Made by a program: the position numbers and the translations under genes. Below the pieces are notes generated by a model. The model was given only the letters and a program-made list of their open reading frames with translations, did no database searches and was not told where the DNA came from. From the IMG/VR virus record IMGVR_UViG_3300044820_000029, positions 1 through 53,796 of that record: 53,796 nucleotides of DNA. The stretch is one strand, 5' to 3'. The stretch is from a virus. Its lineage: Duplodnaviria; Caudoviricetes. Positions 7,274 through 15,683 of this stretch are shown piece after piece; within the stretch, counting starts at the first letter, position 1, and every line of letters starts with the position of its first letter.

Positions 7274-9313
7274 GTGATTGAACGGGCGGCATTCGACACG
7301 GAAACGCGCAGTCATTGCGACATCCGTCGCGGGTCCGACGCCTACCTGTCGCACCACACAACCGAACTGGTGTGCGCGGCGCTGGAAACCGACCGATGGA
7401 AAGCCGCCGCCGCCTTCATTCCGTCGTGTGACGGGCGCGACGCGCTCGAGGCCAAGATGCGCGAGTCCGGGCTGGTGGTCGTGCCGCCCGAAACGCTCCT
7501 AGCCGCGCTGCAGGCAACCAAAACCGTCGTCGCGCACAACTTCGCATTTGATCAGGGTGCCGTGAGCAAGCTGGCGCGCATCCACATTCCAGCCGACCGC
7601 TGGTCATGCACCATGGCGCGGGCGATGCGGCACGGGCTGCCGGGCGGGCTCGGCAATCTAGCGAACGTCCTGATGCTAGGCGCCGACGGCAAGGACGCCG
7701 AAGGCAACCGGCTTATGAAACAGATTTCCAAGCCGCGGCCGACGTGGGTCAAAAAGCAGACCGGGCCGATGTGGTTTGAAGATGCCGACCGGCTGGCGCG
7801 TGAGGCGCTGTATTGCGCTCGGGACGTCACGGTTACGCTGCGCGTCGACAAGATGGTGCCAGAACTAGAGCCGGAAGAACGCGCGATTTGGCTGCACATC
7901 CACGACATGAATTGCCGCGGCATCCCGGTCGACCGCGACCTCATCCAAGGCGCCATCGGCATTTCCGAGGAAGCCCAAAGCGATCTGCGCGAGCGGATCC
8001 ATGCCTATACAAACGGCGAAATCAAGTCGCTGAAATCGACGCAACAATTGAACGCATGGGCGGAAAAGTTCGGGATCAGTTTTCTGTCGTGGGCGAAGGA
8101 CGACGTCGCCGACGCGCTCGCCAATCCGAAATTGCCTGAGCCGATTCGGGTCGTGGCGCTGGCGCGGCAAGAGGCGAGCAGGGGATCGGTCGCCAAGTTC
8201 GAAAAGGCGTCGGACATGGTGTCGGCGGATGGCACGCTAAAGCACCAATTGCTTTACGCCGGCACATCCACGCTGCGGCTGGCGGGGCGCGGTGTGCAAC
8301 CGCTCAACCTGCCGCGGCCGAAGATCATGGCGGACCGGCAGGCGGCGCTTGCGGACATCAAAGCGGGCCGGCAGATCAAGGTGCCCGCGTGGAAGCTGGA
8401 CTATGACCCCGAGCGTGCGCTTGACGCGATCCGCCGGGGCGATTTGGCGGCGTTACGAAACATCGGCGACCCCGAGGAAATCCTGTCCGACAACATCCGA
8501 TCGATGATTCAGGCGCCGCCTGGCAAGCTGATCGCATCCCCGGACTTATCCGCGATCGAAGCGCGCGGCGTGTTTTGGCTGTCCGGCTGCGAAAAGGCGT
8601 TGGACGTTTACCGCCGCAACGGCGACTTGTACTGCGAATTCGCCAGCACGGTCGTCGGCTACAAGGTCAACAAAAAGGACCATCCGGAGATCCGACAGAA
8701 CTACGGCAAGGTGCCAATTCTTTCGTGCGGATACGGTGCGGGCGCGTCCAAGGTGGCGATTACCAACAAGATCGACGAAGAAATCGCGATGACCGGCGTT
8801 CAGGCGTACCGGCGCGAATACAACGAAGTTTGCCAAGCGTGGCGTGATCTGGAAAACGCCGCCAAGTTGGCGATCTACACGCCCGGTCAGATGACGTCCG
8901 CCTGCAAGGAGCGGGTGCATTTCGTTTATCAGGGCGGGTGGTTGAAGATGCGCCGGCCGTCGGGAACGTGGATGTATCTTCCCGACGCCGGGATCGATCC
9001 TGACGAACGCATTTTTTACCACGCATGGACGAACGGCGGGTGGCGTGAGGAAACGATTTGGGGCGGGGTGATCATCAATTTCGTGGTGCAAGGGTTCTGC
9101 CGTGAATTGATGTTTTCCGCCGAAATGAAGCTGGCGCCGGATCCCCGGTTCGAACTGTTCCTGCAGTGCTACGATTCGTTGAGCGCATTGGTTGCTCAAG
9201 AGCGGGCGCAAGAATTGTGCGACTACATGATCGAAGTCATGACCACGCCTCCCGCTTGGGCGCCGGATTTCCCGCTCGCCGCCGAAGGCAAACCCAAAGA
9301 CAGGTATTCGTGA
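7274..9313 (+). CDS. DNA polymerase family A with 3'-5' exonuclease
   Basis: ExoI FDTETRS, AHNFAFD, YCARDV; motif A DLSAIEAR; motif B RQNYGKVPILSCGYG; motif C variant LQCYDS. Start GTG 7274 inferred from the RBS. Confidence 0.92.
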   Translation: MIERAAFDTETRSHCDIRRGSDAYLSHHTTELVCAALETDRWKAAAAFIPSCDGRDALEAKMRESGLVVVPPETLLAALQATKTVVAHNFAFDQGAVSKLARIHIPADRWSCTMARAMRHGLPGGLGNLANVLMLGADGKDAEGNRLMKQISKPRPTWVKKQTGPMWFEDADRLAREALYCARDVTVTLRVDKMVPELEPEERAIWLHIHDMNCRGIPVDRDLIQGAIGISEEAQSDLRERIHAYTNGEIKSLKSTQQLNAWAEKFGISFLSWAKDDVADALANPKLPEPIRVVALARQEASRGSVAKFEKASDMVSADGTLKHQLLYAGTSTLRLAGRGVQPLNLPRPKIMADRQAALADIKAGRQIKVPAWKLDYDPERALDAIRRGDLAALRNIGDPEEILSDNIRSMIQAPPGKLIASPDLSAIEARGVFWLSGCEKALDVYRRNGDLYCEFASTVVGYKVNKKDHPEIRQNYGKVPILSCGYGAGASKVAITNKIDEEIAMTGVQAYRREYNEVCQAWRDLENAAKLAIYTPGQMTSACKERVHFVYQGGWLKMRRPSGTWMYLPDAGIDPDERIFYHAWTNGGWREETIWGGVIINFVVQGFCRELMFSAEMKLAPDPRFELFLQCYDSLSALVAQERAQELCDYMIEVMTTPPAWAPDFPLAAEGKPKDRYS

Positions 9314-10014
9314 TGGACGCCACCAACCTGCCGCGCGACGGGCAGTTCATCTATCTATTGGTGAACAGTTTTAACCGAAAGGTGTACGTCGGTAAGACGA
9401 CTAACATGCATCGGCGGTGTAAGCAGTATCAGTACGATATTCGTGAACGCAAGATTGGACACATCAACGACCATTTGGCGCGCGCCATGGAAAAATATGG
9501 CATCGACAATTTCAGCATGGTCCTGCTTGAGCAATGTCGCGACGCCGACCACCTGACCGAACGCGAGTTGTACTGGATCGATCGATATCGCGCGACGGAG
9601 CGGGATTTCGGCTACAACCTACGTCGCGACAGCCGCGAAGGCATGATCGCACACCCCGAGACGCGCGAACGGATTCGGAACACCTTACGCGCGCAATGGG
9701 CGCGGGGTGATCGAGCTGGGCACGCCGACAAACTCAAAGCGCGTTGGGCAAAGAATCCAGATCGACGTGCTGCGCAAGGCAAAATGTTCACCGGGTATCT
9801 GACCAAATACGAATACATCATGTTCCGTCCAGATGAGGACTATGTAGTCTGGTTTACTTATCGGCAGTTGGCGGAGCGCGGTTTTGCGTCGGTGATATCG
9901 AAGATGCACAGCGAGAAGAAAGACGTTGTCGAATTCAAGGGCGAATTCTTTCAGCGCGTGCCGATCGCAGAGGTTCCCGCACTAGTCGAAATCACTAACA
10001 GAATGATGAGTTGA
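9313..10014 (+). CDS. GIY-YIG homing endonuclease
   Basis: FIYLLVNSFNRKVYVGKT...R...ERELYWI...GYNL. Confidence 0.88.
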   Translation: MDATNLPRDGQFIYLLVNSFNRKVYVGKTTNMHRRCKQYQYDIRERKIGHINDHLARAMEKYGIDNFSMVLLEQCRDADHLTERELYWIDRYRATERDFGYNLRRDSREGMIAHPETRERIRNTLRAQWARGDRAGHADKLKARWAKNPDRRAAQGKMFTGYLTKYEYIMFRPDEDYVVWFTYRQLAERGFASVISKMHSEKKDVVEFKGEFFQRVPIAEVPALVEITNRMMS

Positions 10015-10018
10015 CCAC

Positions 10019-10396
10019 ATGACCAAATCCCCCAGCGAAAGCCAAATCCAAATCGCGTTCCATATGTGGTTCGAAGGCGTGCCGAACAAAATTCAACCAG
10101 CCAAGCGCCCCGGCGTGGTCGCATGGCACACCCCGAATGGCGAAGCACGCGACGGCTTCGCAGCGGCCCGGCTCAAAGCCATGGGCGTGCTGGCGGGCAT
10201 CCCCGACTATCTGATTCTGTGGCAGGGATTATTTGCCATCGAGTTCAAGGCTCCGAAAGGTCGCATGTCACCGGCGCAACTCGATTTGCAACCTCAACTG
10301 ATCAACGCCGGACTGTCTGCATACCTCGCCACGGACAGTTTGGACGCCGCCAAGGCGTTCTGCCGGCAACATCGGCTGACGCAACCCAATTCCTGA
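10019..10396 (+). CDS. VRR-NUC domain nuclease
   Basis: SESQIQ, HTPNG, GVLAGIPD, IEFKAPKGRMSPAQ. Confidence 0.88.
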   Translation: MTKSPSESQIQIAFHMWFEGVPNKIQPAKRPGVVAWHTPNGEARDGFAAARLKAMGVLAGIPDYLILWQGLFAIEFKAPKGRMSPAQLDLQPQLINAGLSAYLATDSLDAAKAFCRQHRLTQPNS

Positions 10397-10466
10397 GTTT
10401 CGTGGTTGACAGTAAACCAGAAGTGTTATAGTAAACGGACAGTCAACCACTGGCACGGGGCACTTC

Positions 10467-11141
10467 ATGCGAATCCTTCTGGTCAACAGCACCGACCCGA
10501 CATTTCCGCCCGGCTTTGTCGTCGAACGTGCGTTCGACACCGCCGAGATGTTCGATTATCTCGAATCGTACAGCTTCGACACGATCGTTTTGGTCAACCC
10601 CACCGTGAAGGACATCACCGACCTTCGCACCCGTAAGGTCAAGATACCGGTCTTGGTGCTCTCCGACGCCGACCCGGTGCCGCACTTGGACGCCGGCGCC
10701 GATGATGTGGTGCACAGCCGTACGTCGCCCAGCGAATTGTCCAGCCGTATCCGAGCAATTGTACGCCGCGCCAACGGCAACGCCGGATCGACGCTGTCCG
10801 CCGGCGGGCTCACGATCGACATGAACAGCAACCGCGCTGACGTGTTCGGCGAACCGCTGCACGTCACCAACAAGGAATACGCCGTCCTTGAATTGCTGCT
10901 GATGCGGCGCGGGTCGATCATCACCAAGGCGCACATGCTGGCGTACCTGTATTCCGGCATGGACGAACCAGAAATCAAGATCATCGACGTGTTCATTTGC
11001 AAGATCCGCAAAAAGCTGACCGCGGCGGGTGTCGGCGACCTGATCGAAACGGTCTGGGGTCGCGGCTACATGATCCGGGCGGAAGCGCGGGTGCAATCGC
11101 CCGGATTGGCGCCGACGTTGCAAGAACTGGCGGAGGTATAA
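10467..11141 (+). CDS. ctrA: CtrA-like OmpR-family regulator with a degenerate receiver domain
   Basis: RIRAIVRR, HVTNKEY, LYSGMDEPEIKIIDVFICKIRKKL and IETVWGRGY are near-identical to the CtrA DNA-binding domain as I recall it. The receiver lacks the acidic pocket, the phospho-Asp and the Lys. Confidence 0.88.
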   Translation: MRILLVNSTDPTFPPGFVVERAFDTAEMFDYLESYSFDTIVLVNPTVKDITDLRTRKVKIPVLVLSDADPVPHLDAGADDVVHSRTSPSELSSRIRAIVRRANGNAGSTLSAGGLTIDMNSNRADVFGEPLHVTNKEYAVLELLLMRRGSIITKAHMLAYLYSGMDEPEIKIIDVFICKIRKKLTAAGVGDLIETVWGRGYMIRAEARVQSPGLAPTLQELAEV

Positions 11142-11146
11142 CCGTG

Positions 11147-11570
11147 ATGGTACACAATAAACCCTGCATCTGCCACGAACACCGGCCGGAATGCTATTGC
11201 GCACCGGCGGCGCCATTCAACCGTCGCGAACTGCGCATCCTGATCGGATCCGGCATCGTCGCGTTGTGTCTGTTGCTTGGCGTAGCGCTCGCCAAGGCCG
11301 AACCCATGCGCGCCAGCTACTACGGCTCCGAATCGGGAACACGCACCGCGTCGGGCGCACGGTTCGTGCCGTCGGCGATGACCGCGGCGGCACCGGACGC
11401 TGCCGTTCGGGACGAAATTGCGCGTGTGCCTGCGGGGATGCGTGGTTGTGACCATTACGGACCGCGGCCCGTTCATCAAGGGTCGGCACCTGGATTTGTC
11501 CAGCGGGGCGGCTCGGGTGATCGGGCTGACGTCGGCGGGCGTGGCTGTGATCAGCGTGGAGAGGATGTAG
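11147..11570 (+). pseudogene. rlpA: RlpA-like double-psi beta-barrel (lytic transglycosylase-like) with N-terminal TM/signal segment; 1-nt frameshift near 11390
   Basis: ASYYG...TASGARF...MTAA, then one extra G, then HRTLPFGTKLRV...DRGPFIKGRHLDLSSGAARVIG to TAG at 11570. Confidence 0.85.
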
Positions 11571-11572
11571 CC

Positions 11573-12412
11573 ATGGCTTTACGTGCTCATGAGTTGTTCG
11601 ATTTCGTTTCTCGGTTTCGAAGTGAGCAAGCGATACTTGCCGCTAAAGATATTGCACGTTCTCAGGTCGTTTCGTTCGACATCACGGATCAAAATTATCC
11701 AACATTTTCGAAAGTATTCGAGATCGTTAAGAAGCGGTGGGGTAGCGGACCACTTCATCTTCCGTTCGATCCTGTGCTCGTGCAGGCGACTCGCGACGAC
11801 GTCGAGCACACATGGGCGCTTTGTTCAACTGTGGATGAACAATTCAGAATGCGGATGTTCAGGTTTACAGAGGGCGAATTCCTCGCGGCAATATACGACG
11901 TGATCGTCTGTTCGTCAGGTTCCGTGCGTGGCGTGATGGTCAACTTGGAGGTTGGTACTACGGCGCCGATTCAGGAACAGGCGTCCGCAGACCTGATTGT
12001 GACGCTTTCCATGATTGTGCTTTCTGGGTTTGAGATGATGAACTACAAGGGTGTTGTAGTTCAGGACTACACGCCTTCTGAAACTGTGAACAATAGGCGT
12101 TCGAAAGAGCGCAAGACTCCGTTTTTCGCTTGTCGTACCCTGACGATCGATCCGGAAAAAGTCAGACTTCCGCGAGTTAATAGGGGTGGTACTCACGCAT
12201 CCCCGGCGGCGCATTGGCGCCGGGGTCATACTCGCCAGTATAAGAGCGGCAAGGTCGTACACATTGAGCCGATGTTTGAACGCGTGCAATTTTGCACACT
12301 GCCACCAGAAGGTTTGGCGCAAATGCCCGCTTTTAATATTGACAGGATTATATGCCTAGAGCAGCATGCCGCCACCAGAAACAACGGAAAGGTGCCATGC
12401 TATGCCAAATGA
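11573..12412 (+). CDS. Hypothetical phage protein with HASP..HWRRGH motif
   Basis: GAGGA RBS and ATG at 11573; lower GC than its neighbours. Confidence 0.75.
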   Translation: MALRAHELFDFVSRFRSEQAILAAKDIARSQVVSFDITDQNYPTFSKVFEIVKKRWGSGPLHLPFDPVLVQATRDDVEHTWALCSTVDEQFRMRMFRFTEGEFLAAIYDVIVCSSGSVRGVMVNLEVGTTAPIQEQASADLIVTLSMIVLSGFEMMNYKGVVVQDYTPSETVNNRRSKERKTPFFACRTLTIDPEKVRLPRVNRGGTHASPAAHWRRGHTRQYKSGKVVHIEPMFERVQFCTLPPEGLAQMPAFNIDRIICLEQHAATRNNGKVPCYAK

Positions 12413-12602
12413 ACAGATCGACCGTACAGCCCGCGCCTCCGATACGCTTGATGGGGCGGCCCGCGCCGTCCTGGTCCTGCAATCGGAGGTCCAGCGGTTG
12501 ACCGAATCAGCCGAGCGCGTGCGCCTGGTCGCCGACGCCTTGGCGGTCCAGACTGGGGTTGTCCAAACCCCGCGAACGGATGACCGCCTCAAGTCGGGTT
12601 AG
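12402..12602 (+). CDS. Small coiled-coil hypothetical protein
   Basis: AAGG RBS, MPNEQIDRTA...; 3' end overlaps the convergent gene. Confidence 0.5.
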   Translation: MPNEQIDRTARASDTLDGAARAVLVLQSEVQRLTESAERVRLVADALAVQTGVVQTPRTDDRLKSG

Positions 12603-12941
12603 GATGTCTGCCGCAGCGCCTTTTATCGGCCGGTCGTCGATCAAATTTCCGGTTTCCATGGCGTCCAGCAAGATTGCGCAGCACCCGATGACGTGCCCGA
12701 GGTGGTGAACGCCGCTGTCGGGCGCGTTTTCTTCGCCGTCCAAGAAGTCGGCAAGGTGCCGCTGCGCCGCGGCGATATAGGTCCGTGCTGGTACTTTCTT
12801 TTCCCGCCAGTTGTACGGACCGTATTTCGCCGCGCCGTCCATCATGGCATGCGCGCCATGGATCAGCCCGGCCGGCGGCAACAGCGACAGATCGACTTTC
12901 CGCGCGCCGACAAGCGTTTTTGGGTTGACGTCGTCTGTCAC
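12507..12941 (-). CDS. dATP/dGTP diphosphohydrolase-domain protein (DUF5664)
   Basis: KVDLSLLP, GAAKYGPYNW, AAAQRHL, DSGVHHLGH. Confidence 0.85.
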   Translation of the reverse strand: MTDDVNPKTLVGARKVDLSLLPPAGLIHGAHAMMDGAAKYGPYNWREKKVPARTYIAAAQRHLADFLDGEENAPDSGVHHLGHVIGCCAILLDAMETGNLIDDRPIKGAAADILTRLEAVIRSRGLDNPSLDRQGVGDQAHALG

Positions 12942-13102
12942 CGCGGCTGTTCCTGCATCGGCGGGAGATCCTTGCCCGGCCGCGGACGCGGCTTCGGCTT
13001 GGGCTTACACTTGCCAATTTCGACCACCGGTGCGATTTTGGGCTTTGCCGATGCATGCAAATTCGCATATTCACGGTCAGTTGTCGGCCAATCCGATGAC
13101 AT
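12938..13102 (-). CDS. Small Pro/Lys-rich hypothetical protein (54 aa)
   Basis: AGGA RBS, MSSDWPTTDREY...; GTGA overlap with the DUF5664 gene. Confidence 0.5.
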   Translation of the reverse strand: MSSDWPTTDREYANLHASAKPKIAPVVEIGKCKPKPKPRPRPGKDLPPMQEQPR

Positions 13103-13105
13103 CGG

Positions 13106-13198
13106 TCAGTTTCCTTTCGGCATAAGCGCCGCGATCGTGAGCGGGATCAGCAGCGATACGATCAAAATTGCCAGAAATGCGCGGTCGGCGCTGGTCAT
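13106..13198 (-). CDS. Small single-TM protein (30 aa)
   Basis: MTSADRAFLAILIVSLLIPLTIAALMPKGN; ATGA-coupled. Confidence 0.5.
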   Translation of the reverse strand: MTSADRAFLAILIVSLLIPLTIAALMPKGN

Positions 13199-14421
13199 GT
13201 CGCCACCATTTCCGGGGTCAGGATCGCCGACCCGACGAACCCGAACCGCTTCGAATAGGTGATGACCTTGGCGGACCGGCCGGACAGCCACCCGCCATTG
13301 GCGGCGTAGGCATCGGGCGCGGCGAGCGTTTCGTGACGTTCGACCTTCATCAGGTTGGTCGATTTCAGTTCGTCGGAATGCAGGTGCCCGATATGGGCGT
13401 AGCTGTATTTCGTCCGACCGTAGGTCTCGCGAAATTTACCGGCGAACACTGAATCGACATTGTTGATGTTGCGGCGGTGCCCGTGGTGGTAAAATAAGGA
13501 AGTCTCACCGAATTCGAAAACGTAGTAGGTGCTGGCGGATGAATCGACCGTCACCCGCGGCTCGTTTTCAAAGAACGCAGCGAACATTTCGCGCAGCCAC
13601 GCGCCGCCGGCCGGATCGTGGTTGGCGTCGCACATGACGATATGAACGCGATCGTGCTTTTCCAGAAGCATCCGCACGATCTGACGCATCGTCCGGATCA
13701 CCACGCGAATGATCTTTTGCAACCGGCTGTCGGCGTCCAGGACGTGCGCGTTCGTGGGTGTGACGGACAGGTGCGAATCGTGGTGCAGCAAGTCGCCGAG
13801 CTGGCAAAGGACTGCGGTCCCGGCGTCGGGCGATTGCTTGATCGCCGCGGCAAACCAATCCAAAAGCAATTTCTCGGCGATTTTCAGATCGTAATCGGCG
13901 CCGGTTTCCTCTTTCCACGACAACATGCCGAAATGCAGATCGGTCACGGTGTATTGGTTCAGCAGATCCGCGTTGCACCCGGCAGGAGCCGGGACCGGCT
14001 CGGCGCGCGGGATTTCCTCTTTGAGCGCTTCGACCACGGCGCGCATCGCCGCGTCCTGCTCGGCGGCATCTTCCCGCGTCTTGATCCACTTCTGAATTGT
14101 CCGCCCGTCGGCGTCGACCAGCACCGAAACACCTTTGATCAGGTGCCCGGCCGGCATGTCGAATTCCGGCCCGCGTTCCGGACGTTCCTGAATATGCTGC
14201 CCGCCATCCGGCGCAGTGCTGATCCTGGAGATTTCAAAGCCGGGCTTCGCCGGCGGCATGTCTAGGGTCATGCCGCGCCGGGACGCCGTCGCCAAACGAC
14301 CTTGCAGCGTGCATCGTGGGATGTTCAGCGCTTCGGCAGCGGCGGATTGGTTGCCGCCGTGCGCCTTGAGCGTATCGACGGCTTGCTGTGCCAATTCATC
14401 GGAAAGGGGGCGCGGCGCCAT
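13195..14421 (-). CDS. HTH plus calcineurin-like metallophosphoesterase
   Basis: N-terminal GNQSAAAEALNIPRCTL (Fis-like HTH); TDLHFG, GDLLH, NHD, HHGH, GHLH. Confidence 0.85.
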   Translation of the reverse strand: MAPRPLSDELAQQAVDTLKAHGGNQSAAAEALNIPRCTLQGRLATASRRGMTLDMPPAKPGFEISRISTAPDGGQHIQERPERGPEFDMPAGHLIKGVSVLVDADGRTIQKWIKTREDAAEQDAAMRAVVEALKEEIPRAEPVPAPAGCNADLLNQYTVTDLHFGMLSWKEETGADYDLKIAEKLLLDWFAAAIKQSPDAGTAVLCQLGDLLHHDSHLSVTPTNAHVLDADSRLQKIIRVVIRTMRQIVRMLLEKHDRVHIVMCDANHDPAGGAWLREMFAAFFENEPRVTVDSSASTYYVFEFGETSLFYHHGHRRNINNVDSVFAGKFRETYGRTKYSYAHIGHLHSDELKSTNLMKVERHETLAAPDAYAANGGWLSGRSAKVITYSKRFGFVGSAILTPEMVAT

Positions 14422-14750
14422 CAGTTCGACTGCCGACCGTTGAAGATTTCATCGATCCGCCGGCCGACCTGGTGAATGGCCTCGAGGATTCGACCTTCCG
14501 ACGCTTCATGCGTGGACTTCGAAACGTATTTCTCGGCGACGTTGATCTGATGACTGACCAACTCTTGCCGCACCTGCGAGACTTCCATTTTGGTTTGTGC
14601 AAGCGAGACGTTGAGATTTTCGGCTTGTTCCTTAGCGTTTGCGGCCACAGTGTTCGCCTTATTGACGACCAGGGTTGTTCGGACGATCGCGCCAACGACC
14701 GTCACCACGAATATTGCCATCGCGGACAGGGTGGGCCATTCGAAGGTCAT
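14421..14750 (-). CDS. Membrane-anchored coiled-coil protein (lysis-region accessory)
   Basis: One N-terminal TM segment followed by a coiled coil. Confidence 0.7.
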   Translation of the reverse strand: MTFEWPTLSAMAIFVVTVVGAIVRTTLVVNKANTVAANAKEQAENLNVSLAQTKMEVSQVRQELVSHQINVAEKYVSKSTHEASEGRILEAIHQVGRRIDEIFNGRQSN

Positions 14751-14869
14751 CGCTTACCACCATGAATCGGGGTGGCCGGTGTATCGTTCGTCGTCATGCT
14801 GACCCTCGCTGCAGGGTTGGGGTGATAGGGTCGGCCGGATGTCTCACCACCTGGTCGGCCCGCTTCGTT

Positions 14870-14947
14870 TCAGGTGGTCCGCCGCCACCAAAATTTCCAA
14901 AGCTCTTGTCCGACAATGAACAAGAGCACCGATACAATCGCTATCAT
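14870..14947 (-). CDS. Micro TM peptide (25 aa)
   Basis: MIAIVSVLLFIVGQELWKFWWRRTT; ATGA-coupled to the o-spanin stop. Confidence 0.45.
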   Translation of the reverse strand: MIAIVSVLLFIVGQELWKFWWRRTT

Positions 14948-15198
14948 CGCAAGTCGCCGTACCATGCAAGAAACCGGTTGCCGCAGTTGCGCAGGACGAC
15001 GTTGCGAATTCGGTCTTTCTTCCACAGCGATTCGACGTCGGCGCGCGTCAGTGCGCGGCGCGGCACGTCGACCACGGCGGATCCATTGAAACAAACCTGA
15101 ATATCCGCCGGGACCGGCGGCAGCGAGACAGACGTTTTTACGCTACCGGATGGACCGCACGCGGTCAGCAGCAGCAGCGTCGAAACACTCGCCAGCAT
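14944..15198 (-). CDS. o-spanin (Rz1-like lipoprotein)
   Basis: Lipobox LLLTAC and a Pro-rich segment; overlaps the 3' end of the i-spanin. Confidence 0.8.
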   Translation of the reverse strand: MLASVSTLLLLTACGPSGSVKTSVSLPPVPADIQVCFNGSAVVDVPRRALTRADVESLWKKDRIRNVVLRNCGNRFLAWYGDLR

Positions 15199-15529
15199 TA
15201 GGAGGCGTTTCACTTGCTTTCCTTTTCAGTTCGGAAATCTGTTCGGCGTCGGCGATGGCGCGCTTTGCTTCGCGCTCCGCTGCGGCGTTAGTCAGCGCGA
15301 TCCGCGCCTTGAGCGCGTTCACTTCGGCGGCGGTTTCCTCCGCTACACGGCGCTGGTAAGCGTTCTTGTCGATCTGCATGTAGGCGAACCCCGCGCCAAG
15401 GATGACGACAGCGGTGACCGCGACTTTCCAGTTCTTGGCGAACCACGCGACGGCGCCGAGCGCGACCACGGCGAGAAATACGACCAGGATCAGCGCGAAA
15501 TTTCCGCCGATATAGGACAGCAGCCACAT
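15143..15529 (-). CDS. i-spanin (Rz-like)
   Basis: N-terminal TM segments, coiled coil, C-terminal Cys; downstream of the endolysin. Confidence 0.8.
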   Translation of the reverse strand: MWLLSYIGGNFALILVVFLAVVALGAVAWFAKNWKVAVTAVVILGAGFAYMQIDKNAYQRRVAEETAAEVNALKARIALTNAAAEREAKRAIADAEQISELKRKASETPPNAGECFDAAAADRVRSIR

Positions 15530-15612
15530 CAGCGTTTCCTCGCCGCCAGCCACAGGAACAGCCCCACGAACACAGCGAGCATGATGTAAAGCCCGGTCGG
15601 GTCGTACATCAT
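15529..15612 (-). CDS. Micro TM peptide (27 aa)
   Basis: MMYDPTGLYIMLAVFVGLFLWLAARKR; stop/start overlaps on both sides. Confidence 0.55.
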   Translation of the reverse strand: MMYDPTGLYIMLAVFVGLFLWLAARKR

Positions 15613-15683
15613 CGGAGTGTCACCAGAAAAATGACAACGAGAACACCCAGTGTCGCTAGGCCAACGGGGTCGATACTGATCAT
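15609..15683 (-). CDS. Micro TM peptide (24 aa)
   Basis: MISIDPVGLATLGVLVVIFLVTLR; ATGA overlap with the endolysin stop. Confidence 0.55.
   Translation of the reverse strand: MISIDPVGLATLGVLVVIFLVTLR

Noticed and set aside
9313-10014. Endonucleases as intron- or intein-encoded elements
   Set aside because: The flanking genes are complete and uninterrupted, and no splice-junction motifs were seen.
10997-12412. 471-aa ORF as a single gene
   Set aside because: It is a chimera produced by the rlpA frameshift reading into the separate 11573 gene, which has its own RBS.
12507-12941. DUF5664 as a sign of a 2-aminoadenine (Z) genome
   Set aside because: No PurZ-like synthase is visible, and the phage encodes ordinary DNA methyltransferases.
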